From contig JALNLM010000008.1 in assembly GCA_023254095.1 (NCBI GenBank), positions 1 to 41,966 of the forward strand: a DNA stretch of 41,966 nucleotides, written 5' to 3'. Both the position numbers and the translations under genes were made by a program. Numbering within the stretch: position 1 is the stretch's first letter; every line of letters begins with the position of its first letter. This document shows positions 1-8,208 of this stretch, one piece after another. The stretch is from Candidatus Geocrenenecus huangii. Its GTDB lineage: Archaea; Thermoproteota; Nitrososphaeria_A; Caldarchaeales; Wolframiiraptoraceae. Below the pieces are notes generated by a model. That model had not been told where the DNA came from. It saw only the letters and a list, made by a program, of their open reading frames with translations, and did no database searches.

Positions 1-1
1 C

Positions 2-232
2 ATAGCTAGACTTGAGGGTCTAGGCGTAGAGCCCGCATCTGCAGCATCGGTCGCTGGAGTTAGGAAAGCAGTTGAGAAGGGAGTAGTCGACCCCGATGAG
101 GCCACTGTATGCATATGTACGGGGCATCTACTAAAAGACCTGAACTCTGAACTCTTCAAACCAAAAGCGCTGATCGAGATAGAGCCGAATGAAGAAGAAC
201 TAGTACGGGGAATCATCAGCATGGTTCTTTAA
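2..232 (+). CDS. thrC: Threonine synthase, C-terminal part (truncated by window edge)
   Basis: Frame 2 reads IARLEGLGVEPASAASVAG...VCICTGHLLKD, the EPASA and TGxxLKD motifs of fold-type II PLP threonine synthases. Stop TAA at 230-232. Confidence 0.85.
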   Translation: MARLEGLGVEPASAASVAGVRKAVEKGVVDPDEATVCICTGHLLKDLNSELFKPKALIEIEPNEEELVRGIISMVL

Positions 233-347
233 CCTGAATCAGAAAACCGAAATACTCTAGGATATCTAAGAAATAAGAAAAACCAATCCAGATATTTTCT
301 TAGAATGGTTAAATAAAACAATTTTAAGGTTTACGATAGAAGAAGAT

Positions 348-422
348 GCTCCGGTAGTATAGTCCGGTCAAGTATGGCGGCCTCTCGAGCCGCAGACCCG
401 GGTTCAAATCCCGGCCGGAGCA
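348..422 (+). tRNA. tRNA-Glu (anticodon CTC), intronless, CCA not encoded
   Basis: Acceptor stem GCTCCGG/CCGGAGC plus discriminator A; anticodon arm GCGGC-CT-CTC-GA-GCCGC; T arm CCGGG-TTCAAAT-CCCGG; TATA-like TTTTAAG about 25 nt upstream. Confidence 0.97.
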
Positions 423-606
423 TTATATTATATGGTTGTTGGTAAGTTAGAGTCTTAGTAGATGAAGAATTAGAATATAATGACTTGGATTTTAGTTGTT
501 TTTCTAGCTGCTAAGCTTGCATAGATACATGTGTTAGTCTACTACTTTTTCACACAGATTACAAGTTGTCAGCGAGTTAGATGATCTTCAAGCTCTATCT
601 TAGATT

Positions 607-885
607 CTATATATCCAGTTTTATGTCTGCAGGTTGGTGGGATGGTATTTCCTTTTTCAAAGTTTCTCTCTTAGCTGTTAGCTCAGCCACTTCTTTCTGC
701 AGGCTTCTCCTAATATCTTCTAGTTTACTTATCTCTTCTTTCATGTCTCTTAACCTATCTTCTAGACGTTCTATCTCTTTCTTTATTTCTTCGTACTTCT
801 TTAAGTCTGTAAGCATCTTCCATGTTATTATGAATTTGTATAGTTCATCTTCGTTCCCACTAAAGATTACCTGGAAGTTCGCCAT
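607..885 (-). CDS. Small coiled-coil hypothetical protein (about 92 aa)
   Basis: Heptad-rich E/K/L segment. SD-like GAGTGAGGT precedes ATG 885, which I prefer over the ORF-track start at 894. Confidence 0.7.
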   Translation of the reverse strand: MANFQVIFSGNEDELYKFIITWKMLTDLKKYEEIKKEIERLEDRLRDMKEEISKLEDIRRSLQKEVAELTAKRETLKKEIPSHQPADIKLDI

Positions 886-933
886 AGACCTCACTCAAGG
901 TATCCACCATTTTTAGCTATAAAGATTGCTTCT

Positions 934-1527
934 CTACCTTGTTCTAGGTTTTACTATTATTTCTTTTATTGTTAGATTGAAGAAATTGTTCGAGTGAGAG
1001 GGCTTGATTACCAGGGCCGTATCCGCACCTCTACTTGTACCTGCTACTGCTATAACATCTTTATCGACTGGAATCAATCCAGCGTCTGCAGCCATAACCG
1101 TTATCTCAACACATACCTTTACACCTTCACCGAATAATCGTAGCGTTTCAGAAATTATAGCCAGCATTCCAACTGTGCCTAACTTATTTCTTATACCTCT
1201 CTCCACGCCTGAGAAAACATGAGATGCCGTAAGTATTTTCCCACCCATCTTAATTATTTCTTCTTCGAACTCCTTCTTCATCTCTTGCATGCCCGGCTGC
1301 CGAAAACCCGTATGATGCCTAACAACTACTATGTTAAATCCTTTGAAGACTCTGCATGCTTTTACTCCCGTCTCTCCCGTAGTCGAAGCTACTACAACAT
1401 CCTTGATTCCCAGTTCCTCTGCTCTCCTATATGCGTGTTTTAAGGTTTCATCAGTATTCTGGATTCCTGGTTCTTCAAAGTATATTACTTCTACACTTTT
1501 ACAACTACCACTTCTATCTTCCAACAT
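934..1527 (-). CDS. Pyruvate-kinase C-terminal-like alpha/beta domain protein (COG1751/MTH1675 family)
   Basis: Motifs YFEEPGxQNT, VVASTTGETG, HHTGF, GVKVCVEITVMAADAG, AGTSRGADTA. SD GGAGG upstream. Confidence 0.85.
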   Translation of the reverse strand: MLEDRSGSCKSVEVIYFEEPGIQNTDETLKHAYRRAEELGIKDVVVASTTGETGVKACRVFKGFNIVVVRHHTGFRQPGMQEMKKEFEEEIIKMGGKILTASHVFSGVERGIRNKLGTVGMLAIISETLRLFGEGVKVCVEITVMAADAGLIPVDKDVIAVAGTSRGADTALVIKPSHSNNFFNLTIKEIIVKPRTR

Positions 1528-1935
1528 CCAAATCCTCCACTACCTAACCCAGATATAGAAAATACTGCCACAAATACCATTCCAGCAGCTTGATTATTCC
1601 TGACTCAAAACGATGTAGGTAGACTAATAAAGTTTTCATTAAGCCTCTATAACCTCATTAATAAGCTTGGTAATTACCCTATTAAGCCCAGAATAAATTT
1701 CATACGTGATGAATATTCCAGAAGAGTTCTTCTGAGAATGCTTAAGCTGGTGACGCGCAAGCTGTAGAAGACTGCCCGTAAAAATTAGTGATGGAGCTTA
1801 ATATACGGATCCGATAGCATTCTCCCAGCTCATCATCAGTATTCAGTAATCAAGGGTCTCTTCTTACGCAAGCTCAACAGCCTGTTAAAACGAGACTTAG
1901 ATTTTTGGTAATATTTTGTAGAGGTGTTGGCAAGA

Positions 1936-1964
1936 TTTATATTTTGGATGGATAATCCATCCAA
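1936..1964 (+). promoter_or_regulatory. TATA box followed by a perfect 21-bp palindromic operator candidate
   Basis: TTTATAT at 1936-1942, then TTGGATGGAT-A-ATCCATCCAA at 1944-1964 (perfect 10-bp arms, 1-nt spacer), then ATG at 1966 (leaderless geometry). Confidence 0.75.
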
Positions 1965-1965
1965 C

Positions 1966-2308
1966 ATGCAAGAATACAAAGAACTTAGCCTAACAGCGGT
2001 TATGGTGGCTGTTTGTATAGGGTCAAATTACGTCCTGACAGAGGTGGCTAAAACACTATACGACGACATGCTAAAGGCGTGGTGGGATGTTGATGCGGAA
2101 TCACATGGGGCCATGGCTTTGTATGTGAAGGTGATCAAAGGCGAGGAGGAGACGCGATATTGGATCTGGTGGTCATGATGGATCTCGGATGGTCTGAAGG
2201 TAGATCAGCATGCGACAAGTACATTATAAGTAATGGCGAGACGATTTTCTGGTATTACTTATACACTTATACCTCGATCAGCGAACGTATAAGGTTATCC
2301 CACCATGA
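1966..2308 (+). pseudogene. Chimeric remnant: N-terminus of a CbrT-like ECF S component fused to a frameshifted DUF4430 (transcobalamin-like) domain
   Basis: MQEYKELSLTAVMVAVCIGSNYVL resembles the first helix of CbrT-like S components. It continues TLYDDM...GAMALYVKVIKG...RYWIWWS to a stop at 2176-2178, then in another frame DLGWSEGRSACDKYIISNGETIFWYY, which fits the DUF4430 pattern. A probable second shift gives ...TYKVIPP* (TGA 2306-2308). Confidence 0.65.
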
Positions 2309-2340
2309 TAAGCATCATCCTCTTTTCTGGAGGTGGTTAT

Positions 2341-4269
2341 ATGGTTAAGTTGGTTAGGAAGGGTGGGTTTAAGCCCGTCGACTCGAAGAGAATTTATGAA
2401 AAGCTTACTGATGAATTTACGAGAAAGCGGTATGAAGGCTTGAAAGAAGAATTCAGGCTAATGACCCAGATAGAGCTAGTCGACTCATATCTTGAAATGG
2501 TTGACTGGAGGATTAAAGAGAACGCGAACATGAGCTTCTCACTTCAAGGCCTAAACAACTACTTAGCTGGCTCGGTTGTGGCGAACTACTGGCTTAACAA
2601 GCTTTATCCGCCAGAAGTTGCCGAGGCCCATAGGTCAGGCGACTTCCACATACACAACCTTAACGTCCTAGCCTCCTACTGCTGTGGCTGGGATTTGATG
2701 GACCTACTTATGGTAGGCTTCAGGGGCGCGCCGTGTAAAATCGCGAGCAAACCTCCAAAGCACTTTAGGACAGCCCTCCTCCAAATTGCAAACTATACCT
2801 TCACATTACAAGGCGAGACAGCTGGAGCCCAAGCCTTCTCCTATATAGACGTTTACCTAGCACCCTTCATTAGAGAAGACGGCCTCTCAAGAAGAGAGGT
2901 TGAGCAGGCTTTACAGGAATTCATATTCAACATGAATGTTCCAACAAGAGTTGGCTTCCAAACTCCCTTCAGTAATCTTACGCTCGCCGGAGGCATCCCA
3001 GAGTTTATGAAGAATATGCCGGCGCTCATCGGCGGGCAGTTTAATGGCGGCTATTACGGTGACTACGAAGATGAGGTTGAAATGTTTAATGAAGTATTTG
3101 CAAAAATCATGTGTGAAGGCGACGCCGAGGGAAGGGTCTTCACATTTCCAATACCAACCTACAACATAACCAAAGACTTTAACTGGGAAGGCGAAGTTGC
3201 TAGGGGGATATTTGAGATGACCGCTAAGTATGGGATTCCATACTTCGCAAACTTCGTTAACAGTGACCTTAAACTCGAAGATGTTAGAAGTATGTGTTGC
3301 AGGCTTAGACTTGACACCAGGGAGCTTAGAAGGAGAGGTGGAGGACTATTCGGTGCAGATCCATTAACCGGCTCAATCGGTGTCGTAACAATAAACATGC
3401 CTAGAATAGGCTTCCTCTCAGGAGGAGATGATGAAAAGTTCTTTGAGAGACTTGACACGTTGATGGAACTCGCTAAGATAAGCCTTGAAATCAAGAGAAG
3501 TGTTCTTGAGCACTATACTAAGGTGGGCTTATACCCCTATAGCAAATTCTACCTTAGAAAGATTGAGGAGGAATTCGGTGGCTACTGGAGAAACCACTTC
3601 TCAACAATAGGCCTAGTGGGGATGAATGAAGCGTTGCTCAACATGTGGGGCGTAGGAATAGAGGATCCAGAAGGCAGAAAATTCGCGGTAAAAGTCTTAG
3701 AGCACATGAGAGAGAGGCTTGTAGAGTTCCAGAGAGAGACTGGGAACATGTATAACCTTGAGGCCACACCGGCTGAAGGCGCATCATATAGACTCGCGAG
3801 GATTGATAAGCAGAAGTACCCGAACATAAAAGTAGCGAACGAGGAGAATGTTAAACGTGGCTTAGCCCCATTCTACACAAATAGCACGCAACTACCTGCG
3901 GACTGCAAACTAGACCTCTTCGAAGCCCTTGAGCACCAAGAACACCTCCAGACACTCTACACTGGCGGAACTGTTTTCCACATATGGCTTGGGGAGAGAC
4001 TTTCATCATGGAGATCAGCCGCCACTCTCGTCAGGAAGATCTTCACGAGCTTCCGCATACCATACATCACGCTGACTCCGACGTTTAGTGTCTGCTTAAA
4101 CCATGGATATCTGAGCGGAGAGCATAAGCAATGCCCACATTGTGGAGCAAAATGTGAAGTCTACTCAAGGGTTGTAGGTTACCTTCGACCAGTTGATCAA
4201 TGGAATGAGGGTAAACAGGCGGAATTCGCTATGCGTAGAAAATATGATGTGAAAGGTGAGGTGAATTAA
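2341..4269 (+). CDS. nrdD: Anaerobic (class III) ribonucleoside-triphosphate reductase, no ATP cone
   Basis: GDFHIHNL..YCCGW, TFPIPTYN, SMCCRL finger loop, NLEATPAEG, CxxH...CxxC metal site and the glycyl-radical motif YSRVVGY. Start placed at ATG 2341 because GGAGGTGG lies just upstream. Confidence 0.95.
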   Translation: MVKLVRKGGFKPVDSKRIYEKLTDEFTRKRYEGLKEEFRLMTQIELVDSYLEMVDWRIKENANMSFSLQGLNNYLAGSVVANYWLNKLYPPEVAEAHRSGDFHIHNLNVLASYCCGWDLMDLLMVGFRGAPCKIASKPPKHFRTALLQIANYTFTLQGETAGAQAFSYIDVYLAPFIREDGLSRREVEQALQEFIFNMNVPTRVGFQTPFSNLTLAGGIPEFMKNMPALIGGQFNGGYYGDYEDEVEMFNEVFAKIMCEGDAEGRVFTFPIPTYNITKDFNWEGEVARGIFEMTAKYGIPYFANFVNSDLKLEDVRSMCCRLRLDTRELRRRGGGLFGADPLTGSIGVVTINMPRIGFLSGGDDEKFFERLDTLMELAKISLEIKRSVLEHYTKVGLYPYSKFYLRKIEEEFGGYWRNHFSTIGLVGMNEALLNMWGVGIEDPEGRKFAVKVLEHMRERLVEFQRETGNMYNLEATPAEGASYRLARIDKQKYPNIKVANEENVKRGLAPFYTNSTQLPADCKLDLFEALEHQEHLQTLYTGGTVFHIWLGERLSSWRSAATLVRKIFTSFRIPYITLTPTFSVCLNHGYLSGEHKQCPHCGAKCEVYSRVVGYLRPVDQWNEGKQAEFAMRRKYDVKGEVN

Positions 4270-4370
4270 TGGATATAATAAGTGAACTGGCGCCAGATGA
4301 ACATGTACACTTATCAGAGGAGAGATATTACGGGCGTAAATCACCGATACACCATTTTCTTAAAGAGTAA
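4269..4370 (+). CDS. Putative 33-aa small protein coupled to nrdD
   Basis: ATG overlaps the nrdD stop (TAATG), with a strong SD (AGGTGAGGTG) inside the nrdD 3' end. Sequence MDIISELAPDEHVHLSEERYYGRKSPIHHFLKE. No recognisable family. Confidence 0.35.
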   Translation: MDIISELAPDEHVHLSEERYYGRKSPIHHFLKE

Positions 4371-4466
4371 AGAGCATAGTACTGAAGTGAACATAAATAT
4401 GATTAAAAAGGTTTAAACTAAAGGGCTCTAAGGTATTGAGGCAAGATATTAAAGAAGTGACTGAGG

Positions 4467-5147
4467 GTGAAGTTTGCGGGTCTTCAGAAAACCAGTCTGC
4501 TCGACTACCCTGGCTATGTGGCTTCGGTGCTCTTTACGCCTGGGTGCAACCTCCATTGCCCCTATTGTTACAATTGGAGGATAGCCTTCCAGCCATCTCC
4601 TCCATTCCTTTCAGAAAAAGATGCGCTTGAAATACTGCGCCAGCGCAAAAGATATGTTGATGCTATTGTTATCACGGGTGGCGAGCCTACAATCCATAAT
4701 GATCTTCCAACTTTCTTAAAGATGACCAAGGTTGAGAACTTCATCGTTAAACTTGACACAAATGGCTTTAGACCAGATATCCTTGAAGATTGCTTGCCAT
4801 ATTTAGACTATGTGGCGTTAGACGTTAAGACCTCGCCGAGAAAATATCACATGCTAGGAGCTGGGGACGTTTCACCTCTCCTTAAATCAATAGATCTTTT
4901 GAAGAGCGGCAAAGTCAGCTATGAGTTCAGGATAACTGTAGTTCCAGAAGTTGTGGTAGCCAGGGACATCGAGGAGATCGGGGAGCTATGTAGAGGAGCG
5001 GAGAGACTTATATTACAGCAGTTCTTTCCTGAAAACGCTTATGAGGGGTGCTTCAAACAACTAAACCCATACTCCGTTGAGATACTCCACTTATTCGCAA
5101 GCATTCTGAGAAATTATGTAAACGAGGTTCTTGTCAGATACCTTTAA
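4467..5147 (+). CDS. nrdG: Anaerobic RNR activating protein (radical SAM)
   Basis: SLLDYPG...FTPGCNLHCPYCYN (CxxxCxxC), ITGGEPT, KLDTNG, YEFRIT. Adjacent to nrdD. Confidence 0.93.
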   Translation: MKFAGLQKTSLLDYPGYVASVLFTPGCNLHCPYCYNWRIAFQPSPPFLSEKDALEILRQRKRYVDAIVITGGEPTIHNDLPTFLKMTKVENFIVKLDTNGFRPDILEDCLPYLDYVALDVKTSPRKYHMLGAGDVSPLLKSIDLLKSGKVSYEFRITVVPEVVVARDIEEIGELCRGAERLILQQFFPENAYEGCFKQLNPYSVEILHLFASILRNYVNEVLVRYL

Positions 5148-5397
5148 AATCTATAACGGCTTGAGATATTATGTTAGACACAATGCAAATAAACTGACAG
5201 TGATCTTCACAAAGTTTACTATAACATCATTAATATGATTTTAGGCATCGAGATTGCGAGAGCGTCCATCATTATAATAAAATAAGTAGATGGTAGTTAG
5301 AATTAAAGTAGGAATTTTAGAGGTGTTGTATTGTTTTCTGCGTAGTGATCTTAAGAATAAGTTTATTAAGGCTTTTATCTAGAAGTGTTTATGGCGA

Positions 5398-6063
5398 ATG
5401 CCTTATAGGTTTACTTTCGACCTGACGATTGTTCCGAGGAAATTCTTTAGGGAATTGGCATTATTAATTGATTCAAGAAACTTGCATAAGAAGACTGGGG
5501 AAGTCTTGAGGAACTTGATCAAGAAATTTAGGCTCTCCGAGATGACGGGTCTAGATGTATCCGATATTCTGCTTATTCTCGAAGACTTAGTGGACATATA
5601 TCTTAAGAACATAGCCTATAGAGAAAACTTCATCAGAACTGGGAAGAGAGTTTTATTCCTTCCTCATTGTGCTAGGAAGTACATTGATTACAAATGTAGG
5701 GCCGAGTTCGACCCTGAGATACCTACCTATAGGTGTAGAAAATGCTCCGATGACTGCCAAGTAAACCAGGCGGCAGAAATCGCTAGAGGACTAGGCTATG
5801 ATGTATATATTGTTCCAGGAGGTTCATGTATCCCAAATATCATTAAACGTTTTGGATACGATGGGGTTGTCGGAGTAGCTTGTGGAGAAGAGATAAAACT
5901 AGCATCGATATTCCTTGACAGGGCTAATATTGCAGCGCAAGCGGTCCCACTACTGAAGAATGGATGTTCCAATACGAAATTTAATCTTTCATCTTTGTCG
6001 AGGATTCTAGAGCTTTACAGTGAACATAGTATGAGTGGCGGTGAGATTGACTTCTGTGAGTAA
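5398..6063 (+). CDS. DUF116 family Cys-rich protein
   Basis: LFLPHC, CRKCSDDC, YIVPGGSC, VVGVAC and PLLKNGCSNT motifs. Confidence 0.85.
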   Translation: MPYRFTFDLTIVPRKFFRELALLIDSRNLHKKTGEVLRNLIKKFRLSEMTGLDVSDILLILEDLVDIYLKNIAYRENFIRTGKRVLFLPHCARKYIDYKCRAEFDPEIPTYRCRKCSDDCQVNQAAEIARGLGYDVYIVPGGSCIPNIIKRFGYDGVVGVACGEEIKLASIFLDRANIAAQAVPLLKNGCSNTKFNLSSLSRILELYSEHSMSGGEIDFCE

Positions 6064-6510
6064 CCATAATTGTTTAAAGACTTTGTTATAGAAGTCTGTC
6101 CTAGCATCTTCTGATACTGCTATTACTACATCGTATAATCCGTATAGCTCGTGAGCCTCCATTACCGATTCTATAGATTTAAGATGCTTCTCCCAAAATT
6201 TCGGTACAGAGGGCCTCTTAATCTTACCAAATATGTATGCACACTTCTCGATTCGGTTACATCCTTCTACTTCGAAGCTTAAACCACCCTCTTTAACTAT
6301 AAGTGTATTGGAATCTTGGAGACCATTTTGCTGAAGCATATCTAGAAAGGTGTCTACTTGAGAGAAACTATCAAACTCTATCTTACATATCAAGTCGTAT
6401 GTTCCATAGATTAGGTAAGCTTCTTTCACGATCTTCGAGCTTCTAACAGCATTTAGGGCTTGTACTAATCCACCTCTCGGACTAATAATGCTTAGGATAT
6501 ATGCTTTCAT
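6007..6510 (-). CDS. Tandem Lrp/AsnC ligand-binding (RAM) domain protein without HTH
   Basis: Two repeats of AYI...EAxxxYGxYD...T (EAYLIYGTYDLI and EAHELYGLYDVV). Overlaps the convergent DUF116 gene by 57 bp. Confidence 0.85.
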   Translation of the reverse strand: MKAYILSIISPRGGLVQALNAVRSSKIVKEAYLIYGTYDLICKIEFDSFSQVDTFLDMLQQNGLQDSNTLIVKEGGLSFEVEGCNRIEKCAYIFGKIKRPSVPKFWEKHLKSIESVMEAHELYGLYDVVIAVSEDARTDFYNKVFKQLWLLTEVNLTATHTMFTVKL

Positions 6511-6754
6511 TCCAGCTTCTCAATTAATCTATTGTTTCTCTTCTAATAAATACTTTACAATTATTCAGCAGAATGGAGTCTAATGTAACGACCTATAATA
6601 CGAGGAAGCTTACAAATCTTTCACGAGTCATTCTAAATGCCTCAACATATTTCCTCTGTAGAAAGAATAAGATACGACTTGCATAGTCAGATTTTCGGAA
6701 TATTCTTCATATTTTACGAAATATTCTATGATTATAGTCTATTAAGTGCGAAGT

Positions 6755-6792
6755 CGACGATTGTTGAACGATTCTGAGGAAAGGTTATTATA
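6755..6792 (+). promoter_or_regulatory. Promoter of the homocitrate-synthase-like gene with a possible Lrp/LysM-type site
   Basis: BRE/TATA AAAAGG-TTATTATA (TATA at 6785-6792) about 28 nt before ATG 6820. CGACGATTGTTGAAC at 6755-6769 resembles the Sulfolobus LysM site as I recall it. Confidence 0.4.
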
Positions 6793-6819
6793 GTATGAGG
6801 CGAACGTGTATCCAAAACG

Positions 6820-8208
6820 ATGAAGGCTGTATTACTTGATACTACACTGAGAGAAGGTGAGCTTTACAGACCGCTAAAATTATCTGCAAAGATAACTCTA
6901 GCAGAAACTCTACTTGAAGCAGGATTAAACAGAATTGAAGTAACACTAGCTTATCCTCCTAGAACTACTCCAGAAGATTTAAAGAAGATCTTATCAACAC
7001 TGAATGATCATGGGGCTGAGCCGGTTATCCATTGCCGTGCATGTAGAGAAGATGTAGAGAATGCTAGTAAGTATGATTCATGGGGTATAGCTGTCTACGT
7101 AGCTTTAAGCAAAATTCACATAAAGCACAAGTTTGATAAGTATACTGATGAAGAAGTCATTAGAAAACTTGTAGATGCAGTTGAGTCCTCTAGAGAAAAG
7201 GGCTTCAAATATATTCGGGCGACGATAGAGGATGCTTCAAGAATATATCTTGAAGAGAACGTAAAAAGACTGGTCGAGGTCATTGACTTATTGGAAGATG
7301 CTGGGGCCACGATGATAAGCGTTCCCGATACATCTGGTCTATTAACACCATCGCTTACGAGAGAATTCTTCCAAGAACTGAGGAAGCGTACTCAAGCTCC
7401 ATTATCAGCTCATTTCCATAATGATTACGGATATGCTTCCGCCAATACTGTTGAGGCCATACTTGCAGGAGCCGATGAAGCCCACGTCAGCATACTAGGA
7501 ATAGGTGATAGAAATGGGATCGCAGACCTATACGAAGTAGCCGCGGTATTAACCGATATCCATAGAATAGAACTAGGTATAAAGAGGGAATCTCTAAAGA
7601 AGCTATATCAAACTTTCAGTAGATTATCAGGGATCAGGATTCCCGCTAGACATCCACTAAGTGACGAGGCCAGAACTATTAGAGCGGGAGTACATCAATC
7701 CATGACTACTAAAGCTCCTGAAGGATACATACCTAAGATGAAGCTCCAATACGACTTCGATTCCCCACTCTATGAGGTGACCCCGTTCATCAGCAAGAGA
7801 CTAGTCGAAAAACTGCTTAATGGACAGAATCTAGATCCTGAGAAGATAAAGGAGTTAACAGAGTACATAGGTGCAGAAGCTTCTAGACAGGGTGGAAGAC
7901 TATCTATCGAGAGGCTACAGCAGATACTTTCACAGATGGGATTAAGTATACCGCATGAGAGGATAAAAGAGTATTTCGGGTACGTACATGCGTACGTTTT
8001 ATTGAAGATTAGAGACGGACAACTAATCGAGCCGTTAATCGGAGAACTAGCTAAATGGAGAGAAGTAGAACTTATCCAAGAAGTTTCCGGAGACTCCGAC
8101 CTGTTATTAATGGTGAGGATGAATCCAGGAATTGAAGAAAACATAGAGAAGTTTAAGACAAGACTGAGTCATATTGTGGATAAGATAAATTTCCTCATTA
8201 TACGTTAG
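6820..8208 (+). CDS. Homocitrate synthase-like DRE-TIM metallolyase (LeuA family) with C-terminal RAM domain
   Basis: LDTTLREGE, PDTSG, HFHNDYG, GIGDRNG, AGVH. C-terminal HAYVLLK...QEVSGDSDLL is an Lrp/AsnC-type domain, the architecture of Sulfolobus homocitrate synthase. Confidence 0.8.
   Translation: MKAVLLDTTLREGELYRPLKLSAKITLAETLLEAGLNRIEVTLAYPPRTTPEDLKKILSTLNDHGAEPVIHCRACREDVENASKYDSWGIAVYVALSKIHIKHKFDKYTDEEVIRKLVDAVESSREKGFKYIRATIEDASRIYLEENVKRLVEVIDLLEDAGATMISVPDTSGLLTPSLTREFFQELRKRTQAPLSAHFHNDYGYASANTVEAILAGADEAHVSILGIGDRNGIADLYEVAAVLTDIHRIELGIKRESLKKLYQTFSRLSGIRIPARHPLSDEARTIRAGVHQSMTTKAPEGYIPKMKLQYDFDSPLYEVTPFISKRLVEKLLNGQNLDPEKIKELTEYIGAEASRQGGRLSIERLQQILSQMGLSIPHERIKEYFGYVHAYVLLKIRDGQLIEPLIGELAKWREVELIQEVSGDSDLLLMVRMNPGIEENIEKFKTRLSHIVDKINFLIIR

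Noticed and set aside
1531-1620. Minus-strand fragment FESGIIKLLEWYL resembling an NDP-sugar epimerase C-terminus
   Set aside because: Too short, with no supporting upstream homology. Could be chance.
1559-2340. Cobalamin riboswitch upstream of nrdD
   Set aside because: No recognisable B12-box or conserved riboswitch core, and the TATA-to-ATG geometry implies a leaderless transcript.
2305-2340. ORF-track N-terminal extension of nrdD
   Set aside because: It contains the SD for ATG 2341, so it is probably untranslated.
348-5147. Integrated element at tRNA-Glu carrying nrdDG (nrdD looks richer in GGC codons)
   Set aside because: No integrase and no duplicated tRNA 3' end seen. The codon impression was not quantified.
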